From an uncultured Spirochaetota bacterium (GTDB lineage Bacteria > Spirochaetota > Spirochaetia > SZUA-6 > Fen-1364): DNA of 64,000 nt. Shown piece by piece: positions 42,894-53,747 of the stretch. The notes beneath the pieces were generated by a model that saw only the letters and a list, made by a program, of their open reading frames with translations, searched no databases and was not told the origin of the DNA. Position numbers and translations under genes: made by a program. Location of the stretch: the NCBI GenBank assembly GCA_963745235.1, contig CAVUXE010000011.1:32001-96000 (forward strand), read 5' to 3'. Numbering within the stretch: position 1 is the stretch's first letter; the number at the start of each line of letters is the position of its first letter.

Positions 42894-44421
42894 TCGTTGT
42901 CGCGCCCGTCATGAGTAGCCCCAGTTTCTCCTCATTAGCTTCCGAGACACTTAATTCTCCAGTAATGCGACCTTCGTACATAACTACGATGCGGTCCGAC
43001 AGAGATAGTATTTCTTCAAGGTCTGCCGATACTAGCAGGACTGCGGCCCCTTTTTCCCTTGCTGCAACAAGTTCCTGATGGATACTCTCTACCGCGCCGA
43101 TGTCGACTCCACGGGTCGGTTGGGAAGCCAATAAGAATGGCGCCTCTTCGCTGATTTCCCTTGCGACTACAACCTTCTGGGCGTTCCCACCAGAAAGAGA
43201 GGCCGCGGCCGCATCTATCACGGGGGGGCGAATATCGAAACGCTCAATCAACTTGCGCACAAAAGAGAACACTGCTCTCTGTCGTATTACGCCCCAGCTC
43301 GAAAATGGGCGTCTCCGGAAAGAATCTCCTATCAAGTTCTCTTTGACTGTAAGGAAGAGGTTAACACCTTGTGCATTTCTGTCCTCCGGGATGTACGCCA
43401 ACCCCGTCTTTCTAATCTTGAGCGTTTTCTTGTTCTGTACAGGCGAACCCATCAAGAGTATTCGGCCCCGCTCGACCGGGCGCAACCCGGCGATTGCCTC
43501 CACTAGTTCGGATTGGCCATTTCCATCCACACCAGCTAAACCGAGAATCTCGCCAGCGTGCACCACTAATGATACGCCTCTAAGTTTGGAAAGCTCCTTC
43601 TCACCCGGGACGTAGATTTTCTCCATTGAAAGAACCTCCTCACGCCCACCATGACGCTCTCCTTTTGGTGGCGTAAGAAAGACGTCTCGCCCGACCATAA
43701 GCCTTGCCAAATCAGGAATAGAAGTGTTCGCTTTATTGACTGTCGTAATATGCCTGCCACGCCGCATAACTGTTATTCTATCGCTTATACTCATCACCTC
43801 TCGCAGTTTATGAGATATGAAAACGATGGATTGACCACCTTTGCGCATGAGGTCGAGAATTTCAAATAATTTCTCCGTCTCCTGTGGCGTCAAAACAGAC
43901 GTGGGTTCATCGAGGATAAGGATATTCGCGCCGCGGTAGAGAGCTTTTATGATCTCAACTCGCTGCGCCTCCCCGACCGAAACATCACGAGCGAGTCTAC
44001 CCTGTTCGATTTCTAGCCCGTACGTGTCTACAAAATGGCGTATTCGCCGACGAGCGTCTGCAAAGTCTATTCGTTGGCCCCTGCGTGGCTCGAAACCGAG
44101 AATTATATTCTCTAAGACTGTCATTTCTTTCACCAGCATGAATTCCTGATGAACCATGCCGATATCCAAGCTAATGGCAGTAGCCGGGGTTAGATATGCA
44201 AAAGATCTCCCCCTTACTCGGATTTCACCTTCGTCCGGACGATGGATACCGTAAAGAATTTTCATAAGGGTCGATTTGCCCGCTCCGTTTTCGCCGATGA
44301 GGGAATGAATTTCTCCGGAATAGAGGTCGAAGTGGCCATCCACGACGGCGCGAACATTCGCAAACGTCTTATATATGCCAGCCATTTCGACGAGGCGACT
44401 ATTGGACCGAACGTTCGACAT
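42886..44421 (-). CDS. Nucleoside ABC ATPase
   Basis: GENGAGKST, GMVHQEF, GVDGNGQSEL, LSGGNAQK, QPTRGVD. Confidence 0.95.
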   Translation of the reverse strand: MSNVRSNSRLVEMAGIYKTFANVRAVVDGHFDLYSGEIHSLIGENGAGKSTLMKILYGIHRPDEGEIRVRGRSFAYLTPATAISLDIGMVHQEFMLVKEMTVLENIILGFEPRRGQRIDFADARRRIRHFVDTYGLEIEQGRLARDVSVGEAQRVEIIKALYRGANILILDEPTSVLTPQETEKLFEILDLMRKGGQSIVFISHKLREVMSISDRITVMRRGRHITTVNKANTSIPDLARLMVGRDVFLTPPKGERHGGREEVLSMEKIYVPGEKELSKLRGVSLVVHAGEILGLAGVDGNGQSELVEAIAGLRPVERGRILLMGSPVQNKKTLKIRKTGLAYIPEDRNAQGVNLFLTVKENLIGDSFRRRPFSSWGVIRQRAVFSFVRKLIERFDIRPPVIDAAAASLSGGNAQKVVVAREISEEAPFLLASQPTRGVDIGAVESIHQELVAAREKGAAVLLVSADLEEILSLSDRIVVMYEGRITGELSVSEANEEKLGLLMTGATTNV

Positions 44422-44446
44422 TTAGGTAGTCTTCCAAAAGAATGCT

Positions 44447-44476
44447 CCCCTCCCCGGCATGAAGCGCAGGGAGGGG
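44447..44476 (-). terminator. Intergenic stem-loop after the BMP gene (mRNA stabiliser or partial terminator)
   Basis: cccctccc...gggagggg inverted repeat. Confidence 0.45.
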
Positions 44477-44495
44477 TAGTAGGATCAACTAATTA

Positions 44496-45536
44496 CTAGT
44501 CCCGTTTGAATCCGGGATACGAATTGACTTTGATCTTCCCGGACTTGACGTCTTCAGTAAGTTGGCTGATCTTGACGAGAATGTCGGTGGGGAATTTATC
44601 GCCAAGAGCCTTTTTCATTACCGACATGTCTGTAAGAGCCACGCCGCCGTTCGCGATATTCATCGTAAGGATTTCGCCTCCTTGGAACGTATTCTTGACC
44701 ACCGCCTCAACCATAAGATAGCTGGCTCGGTCGACTCGCTTCATCATAGAGGTAAGAATGTGTCCCGGATAAATAGCGTCTTGATCCAAGTCAACGCCAA
44801 TAGCGTATTTATCGGCTTCCTTGGCTGCCTCGAGAATTCCATTGCCAGTGTTAGATGCCACGTTCATGACGATATCGGCACCTTGATTGTACTGAGCAAG
44901 CGTCAGCTCTTTACCTTTAAGCGGGTCGTTGAAAGTGCCAGCGAATGAGACGAGGACTGTCATCGACGGGTCAATATACTTCGCGCCCTGCTCATACCCG
45001 ACGAGGAAATCGTGTAGGACGGGAATATCCATGCCACCGACCCACCCGATAATCTTATGCCCCCTTACGCCAGGAACGCTTGTCTTGGTAGCAAAGATTG
45101 CAGCGGCAGCGCCAGCCAGGAACGAGCCTTCGTTTTGGGCGAAGACGGCGGACATCACGTTCGGAGCTTTGACGACGCCATCAATAATTCCCATCTTCAC
45201 GTTAGGGAACTCGGGTGCGTGCTTAGCAATAATATCCTGGAACTGAGTGCTATTGCCAATAACCAAGTCATACCCCGCAGCTGCCATTGCTACGAAATTA
45301 GACTCCCAGTCAGCGGATACAGTGGATTCCAGGACCTTTAGTTCGATGCCAAAGTCTTTCTTCGCTTTGACCAAACCGGCGTAGGAGCCGTCATTGAACG
45401 ACTTGTCCCCTAAGTTGCCCGAGAGTACTAGAGCGACCTTGAGAGGCTTCGTTTCAGAAAAAGCCGTTCCAATGAAAACGACAAGACAGCAGAATGCAAC
45501 AATAAAGACACGGGCAATTCTCGTTGTCATGAGCAC
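44496..45536 (-). CDS. BMP-family nucleoside-binding protein
   Basis: GDKSFN, F..NEGSFLAG, GTFNDP.KG, AIGVD.DQ, LTSM.KRVD. Confidence 0.92.
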   Translation of the reverse strand: MLMTTRIARVFIVAFCCLVVFIGTAFSETKPLKVALVLSGNLGDKSFNDGSYAGLVKAKKDFGIELKVLESTVSADWESNFVAMAAAGYDLVIGNSTQFQDIIAKHAPEFPNVKMGIIDGVVKAPNVMSAVFAQNEGSFLAGAAAAIFATKTSVPGVRGHKIIGWVGGMDIPVLHDFLVGYEQGAKYIDPSMTVLVSFAGTFNDPLKGKELTLAQYNQGADIVMNVASNTGNGILEAAKEADKYAIGVDLDQDAIYPGHILTSMMKRVDRASYLMVEAVVKNTFQGGEILTMNIANGGVALTDMSVMKKALGDKFPTDILVKISQLTEDVKSGKIKVNSYPGFKRD

Positions 45537-46019
45537 AACTCCTTTTCTTCAAACCTAGCAAAAAAGTTGGAACGCTACGATACCTCCTCCCGGGCTTCCC
45601 CTAGTTTTGCAGCGTCGATCCACCTGCATCTTCGCGTAGGAGGGGACTCCCTGAAGCTGCTTCACGAAAAAGCGTACCTTCCACCCGTAACGTATTTCTC
45701 TTTCACCACCGTCCTTGGGCTTTTTCAAGCTCTTATGCCCCTCTTTTTACAGTCAAAGTTAGAAGGTCAATCACTTACGAAGCGGAAGATCTCGAGGTGG
45801 CCGAAGGCTGCTGCAAGACCTCCTTTCTAGGAGGCGATGCTAAGCCCGCTCCTCCTGTTATGTCAAGCCGGTGGAAATTACCGGGTGGAAATTCCTGGTG
45901 TTGGTGGGTGGAGGCTAGCTATCCACAATTTGCTAGTCTCTCTCGCTCTCCCCCGCGCCCACTTCCTCTCTCACTACTACCGCCATCACTTTGTTCTTGC
46001 ACATATATTACTGGTACTG

Positions 46020-47300
46020 GATAATCACCGAGATTCAAGAAGCTTGCATGGTGCCGAAGCTGGTCCACGCATGGCAGGCAAAAATGATGCTGGGGAGTGT
46101 GAACAAGACTGACCGCTTGGACGGGCGCGGAATGAACCGTCTCCAACTTAGCGGGACTCTTCCCGCCGTGTGGATCCCTCCGAAGGATTTGCGAGACAAG
46201 AGGGAGTTGTTTTGCATCCGCATGGTGTTCACGCATCAACGCCCAGGGGTGCAGTTCAGCATTTCCGTCCCTTTCGAATGCTTTGCCGAGCTGAAGCAGC
46301 TGATCGAGTCCCGGCGATTGTGGAAACGGCTGGACTCCCTGTGGGACTTCTTCGAGAGCGATTGGGCACCTAAGTGCTGGGAGCGTCGCGACCGATTCCT
46401 GTTTCTGCGTCATCGTGGTGAAGAAGCAGAGCAAGGAACTGTATAGTTGGAACTGTTCACCCCGCACGAGGAAGGCTATGAGTTCAAGGTGATCGTGAGC
46501 AACACGCAGGGCAAAGCGAAGTCGATCCTTCTGTTCCACAACGGCAGGGCGAGCCAAGAGAATCTTTTCTCCGAGCTGAAGAGCCGGTGCAACATGGACT
46601 ACGTCCCTACGCGCAGGCTGCCAGGCAACCAGCTGTGCTTCCTCTCGGCGGTGTTTGCTCACAACCTGTATCTCGAACTTCAAATGACCGTCCGAAAGAC
46701 CGACCGCCTGACGACGCCAAAACGAGCAGCGCTATGGATATTCGAGGAGGCGGCCTCCATTCGCCCCAAGCTGATCCAGAGAGCGGGACGGCTGACCCGA
46801 CCCCATGGCCGCCTCCGTCTGACGTTGAGCGGCAACGAGATCATGCGAAAAGAAATGGTGCATTACCTGGATCGTCTCGCTCAGGCTGCGTAGCTGATTT
46901 CTAATGCAATGTTATGGATCAGACGTTTCCGCAGCCCCGAAAGCTATATTCGCATTTGGGGTGGTACCGACCGTGTGCTCAAGCGGAGGAGTCACTCACA
47001 ACGGGGCGATTAACCGGCGCAGCCGACATCTTTAACGAGCTTTATTCACCCAGGCAGTGAACCACTTTGTGGACTCTTCGCCCGTGCTGAAGAATTTCAG
47101 AATTTCTATCGCGGATTGGTTGCTCGTAAAGGGTACGGATGCGCTCGGATCGCCGTCTTCCGAAAGATATTCTCGATGACGCGACGGATGCTTTTAGCCC
47201 GCGAGAGGTATCGATGGACGGAAGTCAAGCTCTACGAGAAAAAGTTTAGCGACCACGCAAAAAAAGCAAAAAGAAGGGAAAACCAAGAGGTTGCTTGACA
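46020..47300 (+). mobile_element. IS110-family remnants with a nested IS1380-family fragment (~46245-46917)
   Basis: IS110: NKTDRLD, VWIPP..RD.REL and later GVVP..SSGG, RKG..ARIAV.RK. IS1380: FHNGRASQEN.F.ELK, LIQRAGRL.RP.G.L.L. Confidence 0.7.
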
Positions 47301-47303
47301 TGA

Positions 47304-47324
47304 CCACCGCCAATAAGGCGGTGG
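47304..47324. terminator. Stem-loop, possible terminator
   Basis: ccaccgcc-aataa-ggcggtgg between convergent genes. Confidence 0.45.
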
Positions 47325-47388
47325 GTTTCTAAGTTGTACTAACTGAAATACCGAACTCACCATGAGCACACCTGCGCTGGCATCAAGT

Positions 47389-48423
47389 TTAAGATTGGTT
47401 CGTCAGAATAGTCCGAAGCCACAGATCCGCGAATGACTCGAAATCCATGTCCCACACTACCTTCATTCGTACGGCCCCGTCATCCAGCGGCCATGTCTGC
47501 TGTCCCGGCGTATAATCCCCTCGCACGTATCCATAGGTCGCGCCATACGTAGGACCGTGCCTTACATCGACCTGCACGTTCATCTCCAAGGTCTTAAACA
47601 ACCCTGGCTGGAGCAGGTAGGCAATGCAGACGGAATCGTAAAGTCCGTAGAACAGCCGGGGCTTTTCGCGGTCTACCTCCAAGGATGAGAAGTGGCGCGC
47701 CAGGCCGTGCTCGTAGAGCGAGCCGACCGGGCCACCTACGGAGACGATTTGGTCGTAGTATTCTCTTCTAAAGCTTGTCAGACGACACACGTTCAGCGGG
47801 CAGAGTGTGATGGGCATCCCCGAACGGAGAACGACATGCGCTGCTTCCGGGTCCACCCAGAAGTTGAACTCTGCCGTCGGAGTTATGTTGCCTGAACCCC
47901 GAGGAAGCACCGGAATGTTGCCTCCCATGATAACGACCGACCTGACCTTCTGGACGATCTCCGGATACTTTCGAACTGCCACCGCCACATTGGTTAGCGG
48001 CCCGGTGGCCACAAGCGTAACCTCACCGGGCCGAGCGAGAATCGTCTCGCCGATGAAGTCAACTGCGTGCCGACGGTCTGCCGCCTTGTGGGGAAGCCCG
48101 CCGGGGAGTCGCTCCATCGGCACTTGCTTCGCCCAGTCTCCCCAAACTTTGTCCGCATAGGCGCTCCTCTCATGGAGGAGCGGTCTTGAAAAGCCCGGGC
48201 ACACAGGAATGTCCTCTCGCCGGATTTCCTCCAGCACCTTCAGAGCGGTGAGAACCGAGTTTGAGAGATCAAAGTTGCCGGCAACAGGGGTCACTCCGAG
48301 TACGTCAATTTCCGACGACTTCGCCGCGAAGACGAGTGCAGTGGCATCATCGTTAAGCCAGCCGATGTCGCAATCAAGAATGAGTGTGTGCAAAGCTTGC
48401 CCTCTCAGAATCCCGTCTTCCAC
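47389..48423 (-). CDS. Nucleoside hydrolase 2 (atypical)
   Basis: DCDIGWLNDD, GPLTN, IMGG, AEFNFWVDPEAA; LYDS in place of LHDP. Confidence 0.88.
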   Translation of the reverse strand: MEDGILRGQALHTLILDCDIGWLNDDATALVFAAKSSEIDVLGVTPVAGNFDLSNSVLTALKVLEEIRREDIPVCPGFSRPLLHERSAYADKVWGDWAKQVPMERLPGGLPHKAADRRHAVDFIGETILARPGEVTLVATGPLTNVAVAVRKYPEIVQKVRSVVIMGGNIPVLPRGSGNITPTAEFNFWVDPEAAHVVLRSGMPITLCPLNVCRLTSFRREYYDQIVSVGGPVGSLYEHGLARHFSSLEVDREKPRLFYGLYDSVCIAYLLQPGLFKTLEMNVQVDVRHGPTYGATYGYVRGDYTPGQQTWPLDDGAVRMKVVWDMDFESFADLWLRTILTNQS

Positions 48424-48751
48424 GTTGCTTCCCGTTGTGCAAGCCGAGCCTATTCAAGCCGCGGACCGCCTCCGCGTCCCTACGGGCCATCGTGTCGTTG
48501 CAGCCCAACAGTCCGGATACTGCCGCAGAGTGTGGTCACCGATCTGCCCCTTCCGCGTGAGACTCCCGTTAAACGATCCCGCCTTGAGACGCAAGATGAC
48601 TGAGACCGTCTTCCAACTGGCTCTTCTGCCATAGCCAGCGTCACCTCCTTTTCGTTGATTTGTGCTATGAGCACCGACGTTCGATCCCTCACGGCTTTGT
48701 CACCCTCCTCATACAAAACTTCGACGTCATGCACTTCACCGAAGCGCATAT

Positions 48752-49690
48752 TCAAAGAAGCACGGGAACCGGGTCTTGGCTCGGGAAGACGGCTTTGCGT
48801 CCGCTACCCTCTGTTGGAACGCCGACTTCCTTTGCGCCGCTGACCCACTGGGCGGCAACCGAGTTGGCGCACTGTGCCGCCCGCAGCAGATTGTTGCCCC
48901 TCATGACCCGAACTGCCAACTCGCCGACAAACGCGTCGCCGGCTCCCAAGGTCCTGCGAACGGCCACCGAGTATGCCGGAACGTGCCAGCGATCCCCCAC
49001 GAAGTCTGTCAGGAGGCAGCCGCGCGCTCCCACAGAAATCACTGAGCTTCGGCACATTCTTCCCAGAGCTTTCAGTGCTCGTACGCCGTCGGTCGAGATA
49101 TCGTTTACTGCGACGCCGCAGAGCATTTCCGCCTCGATTTCGTTCACTATGAGTACGTCGATATTCCGGAGCAGGCATTTCGGCAACTCCCCGGCTGGCG
49201 CAGCATTTAGAAAAACGAGTCCTCCTCCTTTTTTTGCCTTTGCGGCAGCGTACGTATTCGTTTCGAGGGGAATCTCCCTCTGAAGAAGCAGGCCGGACCC
49301 GTTGACGAAATGGGAGGAGGCCCGGTCCACGTCTGCCGGCGAGAGACGGCTATTGGCCCGGGCGACGATCACGGCGCTATATTGGTCGTCGGGTTCGACC
49401 AAGACGTGACCGATCCCTGTGCCGACTGGGTCTTTGACCACGAACTCTAGGCCGACTCCCGATTCGCGCAGATAATCAAGGACTATCCGCGCGAACGCGT
49501 CGTCTCCGATTCGAGCCACTAGATGGCTCGCACAGCCGCTTCTGGCTACCTGGACCGCCTGATGGAGTCCTTTTCCGCCTGGCAACATCGCGAACCTTGT
49601 ACCGAGCAAAGTCTCCCCTGCTCGCGGTTTTCTACTGGCGTACGCCATCAGGTCGATGTTGACGGAACCGACAGTGATGGTTTCCATCAT
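48752..49690 (-). CDS. rbsK: Ribokinase (PfkB family)
   Basis: GSVNIDL, GET, PGGKG..QAV, VNE.EA, GAGDAF. Confidence 0.8.
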   Translation of the reverse strand: MMETITVGSVNIDLMAYASRKPRAGETLLGTRFAMLPGGKGLHQAVQVARSGCASHLVARIGDDAFARIVLDYLRESGVGLEFVVKDPVGTGIGHVLVEPDDQYSAVIVARANSRLSPADVDRASSHFVNGSGLLLQREIPLETNTYAAAKAKKGGGLVFLNAAPAGELPKCLLRNIDVLIVNEIEAEMLCGVAVNDISTDGVRALKALGRMCRSSVISVGARGCLLTDFVGDRWHVPAYSVAVRRTLGAGDAFVGELAVRVMRGNNLLRAAQCANSVAAQWVSGAKEVGVPTEGSGRKAVFPSQDPVPVLL

Positions 49691-49799
49691 GTTGATTCTC
49701 GGAACAGCACCTGATTCACGATTTGCCGCGTGCGCAGTGCATCCTGCGCGGATCGTGCCTCGGCCAGAAGACCGTGGTCGATACTTTGCAGCTTGCGCC

Positions 49800-49893
49800 A
49801 GATTGCTTCCACGGTGTTGATGTTTGTCGCGCACTCCAGGACAGGATCCTCACGGATCAGATCAACCATGATATCCGTGTAGAGCAGCAGCAC
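49800..49893 (-). pseudogene. Truncated PIN-domain (VapC-like) toxin start
   Basis: MLLLYTDIMVDLIR directly after an antitoxin-like gene; first Asp replaced by Tyr; similarity lost after about 20 aa. Confidence 0.45.
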
Positions 49894-49896
49894 AAC

Positions 49897-50181
49897 CTAC
49901 CCCTGACGTCTTTCGGCTCGCTCCCGGAGCTTACGAGAGAACTCGACGCTGTCGCCGATGTCTGTGCGATCCTCCCACATGCCGATGAGCGGCAAGTTGC
50001 GTAGTCTGCCGGCGCTGGAAAAGGGATATCTGGTTTGCGCTTTCCCTTTCGTCCTTGAAGACTTTCCTTTGGGCCTGAAAGTGACCTTCACCTGCTGCCC
50101 TTTTTTGAAGGGGAGACCGGTTACCTTCATGTTTATGACCCCGTCCTTCACGACTACCGTATCCATCTGAATGCTTCCCAT
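49897..50181 (-). CDS. Putative antitoxin (VapB-like)
   Basis: 94 aa; C-terminal IGMWEDRTDIGDSVEF..LR resembles PIN-linked antitoxins. Confidence 0.55.
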   Translation of the reverse strand: MGSIQMDTVVVKDGVINMKVTGLPFKKGQQVKVTFRPKGKSSRTKGKAQTRYPFSSAGRLRNLPLIGMWEDRTDIGDSVEFSRKLRERAERRQG

Positions 50182-50229
50182 GTCCCTATCTCCTTGGGTT
50201 CAAAAGTAGTATACGGAAAAGACCGAGCT

Positions 50230-50570
50230 CATCAAATACACCGTCACGGCTGCTGTGTCCGCCCGATTGCGCAGCACGTGCGTGGCCATCGAATGTCTGA
50301 CGCCGACGCTTTCGCACTGCTCGACGCTGCGGTGGAAAGGGCAGCAGTGTCCTTCACGGAGATCAAGCTGGCACGAATCTAAAAGGGACTGTTCAGTCCA
50401 AGAGGAAAAGTGCCCTCAGGTTTGGGCCCCGCAATGGCGGTACCTTTTGATCTGCCTCTGGTGCTCTGTCACTTGTGCCTTCACCGGGGGAAGTTCCGCC
50501 TCGTGACGCCGTTCGTAGCTGATGGCCGCCTCGGCCTCCAGGCACATGACGCATTTCCCACACGCGGCGA
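50230..50570 (-). mobile_element. IS66-family transposase fragment
   Basis: CGKC...YERRHEAELPPVKAQVTEHQ...HCG zinc-finger segment interrupted by stops. Confidence 0.6.
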
Positions 50571-50819
50571 ATTAGGCGATACCAAGGACGCTTGTCTCAC
50601 ATGAGATCAGAAATCTCGAAAAAAACCGGGGGCTGAAAAGGGGGAGGAGAGTGGGGGAGGAGATACAAAGATGTTCAGCCCAAGTTTGATTTTGCATCCG
50701 GGACGTGCTTTTCGTGCTGCGTAAATGGATAGCGTATCCATTTCTCCTATACTCTGTCGCTTTGTCGCGCATAGCGAACAACGCGAAGGCGAGAGTTGCG
50801 GCCGTGGGCTGCACCATAG

Positions 50820-51188
50820 ATCACCGTTGACGAATGTCTTGACGGCATTTCCATCGTAGAGCGCGATTGTCGTAATTTCATCCCAACCAGGGCTCAAACC
50901 GGTGGTTTCGATATCGAGGAAGGCGGTTTCCGGTCTAAAGCTAAACTCCGCAAACAACCGCCAGTGCTCAGAGATAGGTAGACGATCATGAAAGAAACGG
51001 GCGTTGCGCTTCTGCAACTCGGAGATCGAACGAATGATCAGCGTACGGCAGGATTCGTAGCACGTCAGGGAGAGGCCGGTTGGCTTGTCGCGCAAGAGAT
51101 TGCTCCACGCGAAAACGCCCGCATTCCAAAATGCGGTTTCCCTGGCGCTTCGGATCCCCGGGATGAAGCAAGAAGAATTCTTTAGCAT
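50820..51188 (-). pseudogene. Truncated RNase H-like (YprB-type) exonuclease
   Basis: ML.N..C.IPGI, HWRLF, AFLDIETTGL, then an abrupt break. Confidence 0.7.
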
Positions 51189-51588
51189 AAACGTTGAGAC
51201 TGGACAATCGGACATCCTAATGCATTCGCGCGAGATTGAGAAGGAGCGGAAACATGACCATAGACCATACAACCTCAGTGTGTGCACTCGGACCCCGACT
51301 CTCCAATGTGTTCATGTCCTCGGGGCTATTAACCGAGCGTGCAATGTGAGGTCAAGCCCTTTTCGGAGGCAGAACTGGTTCTCTGACCGCTCCCCTCACA
51401 TGCTAGCCAATATCATCTTGTATAACACCAGGATCGGCAATACAGTCTTGTCCATCGAAATGGGCAATTGCCTTGACCGCGACTCCTTGACTTGAGAAGC
51501 GTGAACCCTATACGCCAATTGATGTGATGCGAACCATCCTCTCTTCAATCCCTTCTACGGAAACCCTTAAGGCGACGCAAACGACGGC

Positions 51589-52194
51589 CTACGTTTGAAA
51601 GACTCGAGAAGGGTCCGGTGTCGCGATCAGCCCTGGGTTCAGCGCGTTCACGCGGATGTTTTCCTTGATGAGCTTATTCGCTAGGCACTTGGAGAACATT
51701 AGGAGGGCCGCCTTGGTGGTGTTGTAAATCGGCTCGTGGCCGAGTGGCTGCTTTGCGCAGATAGAAGCGGTGTTGAGGATCACCCCGCCGCCCCTTTTTC
51801 TCATGAGCGGGACAACGGCGCGGGCGCAGCGGATGGCCGCCATGACGTGCAGATCCCAGAAGTACTGCCATTTCTCATCGGGTGCATCGATGATGGTCTC
51901 GCAGGTGCCTGTGCCTGCATTGTTGATGAGGATATCCACTCCATCGAAGTGCATGGCGATTCGACTCATCGCAGTATCGATATCGGCCGCCTTGGTGTCA
52001 TCTGCCGACAGTCCCAGGCACCGTACCCCGTTGATACAGGCGATGTTCTTCGCTCACGTTCCACGCGTTCTTGGTTGCGCGCCATGATCACGACATCAAC
52101 CCCCTCGCTTGCTAGTGCATGGGCGACCGCAAGCCCTATCCCGACGCTGCCACCCGTGATGACGGCGCGTTTTCCGTTTCAATTCGAGGTCCAT
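51589..52194 (-). pseudogene. SDR oxidoreductase resembling L-sorbose reductase; frameshifted and 3'-truncated
   Basis: [48 protein letters not shown]. Confidence 0.7.
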
Positions 52195-52293
52195 GCCGAT
52201 TATCTCTCCTTGGTTTTTGAGCCGCATTTTACTACTCCATAGGCTTTGCTGTCAATTAAAGCAGATTATTAGAAAATAACGTTTCAAAAGTTG

Positions 52294-52321
52294 TTGACAT
52301 ATCTGATGAATGTGGCATACT
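52294..52321 (+). promoter_or_regulatory. Putative sigma70 promoter
   Basis: TTGACA-16 bp-CATACT with extended TG. Confidence 0.55.
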
Positions 52322-52338
52322 CGCTAGGGAAAGCTATC

Positions 52339-53623
52339 GTGGGCGTCACTTTCGTAGGCGTTTCGGGAGGCTCACATAAAGATCCTAAAGCAGAATAACA
52401 TACGAAAAGTCCTCAATCTGATCCGCGGCCGCGACACATTCACGGTTGCCGAGATTTCGCAGGCCATTCGTTTCAGCAAAACGACTATTAAGAAGACATT
52501 TGACTTGCTCATGGCCATGAGTCTCGTGGTTTCAGCAGGGAAAGGCGAGTCCACCGAGGATGGTGGGAAGAAACCAGAGCTATTTCGCTTCAATAAGGGC
52601 TTCGGCTATGTTATCAGCCTCCACGTCACACCAGATTCCATTATTGCCGTGACAACCGATTTGGCTGCGGACATCATGGACTATAAGAAAACCAAAGTGA
52701 CAAAGGAGAGGGACTTGTCATTCATCCTTGGCCAGCTTGTTAGGCTGATCCAAGGTTTCGTTGCCGTGAAGGCTAGTTCCGCCGAGAAGCTTATCGGAAT
52801 CGTCATCTCTCTTCCAGGCCTCGCTGATTCATCCCTGGGCGTCTCGATCTACTCGCCTCACTATCACTCATGGGGCAGGAACGTTCCTTTCCGCGATATG
52901 CTACGGGAGCGTTTAGGTGAGGGTATTGACGCCCCTATCTTCCTCGATTGCGTAAACCGCTACCAAGCCATCGCCGAGCAGGAGAAGGGCGTGGCCATCG
53001 GCGTCACGAACTTCATTATCATCGATGCACTCTATGAGGGGTTGGGCTCGGGAATCATTACGCACGGGGAACTGATGCGAGGGACGCAAAGCCTGTCCGG
53101 AGAGATCGGCCATATGACTGTGAACCCCATCGACGGCCCTGAGTGCATCTGCGGCAACCGCGGGTGCTTCGAGGCGATGGTTTCCGCCAAGCGCATCCGC
53201 GAGATGATTCGCGACGCCTGCAGCCGGGGGGTGAGCTCGCCGCTGTTCAAGGATGGGATGCCGGACACCTCGACTCTCGACGAGGTGTGCGAGCTGGCCA
53301 GCGCGGGAGACCTGTTCTGCCTGTCGCTCATCGACGATGTAGCGAAATGGTTCATCGTCGGGTTGGGGAACATAATCATGGTGAACGATCCCGAGCTCAT
53401 CGTCATCCAGGGTCAGTACGTGAAAGCCGGGGAATCCTTCTTGACGAGGCTGCGGGAAGGCGTTCGCAGGATTGGACTTCCCGATGTCGAGAAGCGCGTG
53501 AGGATCGAATACTCAAAAATGGGCGCAGAGCGAGGCGTCATTGGTGGCGCCGCTTTTGTCATTTCTGAGTTCTTCGCCAAACGTCTCATGTTCGCGAACA
53601 GCCCAGTTCCAAGTGGAAAATGA
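52339..53623 (+). CDS. ROK-family transcriptional regulator (probable frameshift near the start)
   Basis: N-terminal HTH (KQNNIRKVLNLIR..AEISQA..SKTT), SGEIGH, CICGNRGCFE. Confidence 0.85.
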
Positions 53624-53747
53624 GAGATGGGTGGTAGGTTTGCAGCCAAGGCTTGGCAAAAAAGGCGACCACAAGAGGAGGTGTGTATGAGCTGAGGAAC
53701 ACGGGGAGAGTTTTGACGACGCATTTTCGCAAGTAACGAGAGGAGGA

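Noticed and set aside
49687-50181. Functional toxin-antitoxin system
   Set aside because: The toxin is truncated and lacks its first catalytic Asp
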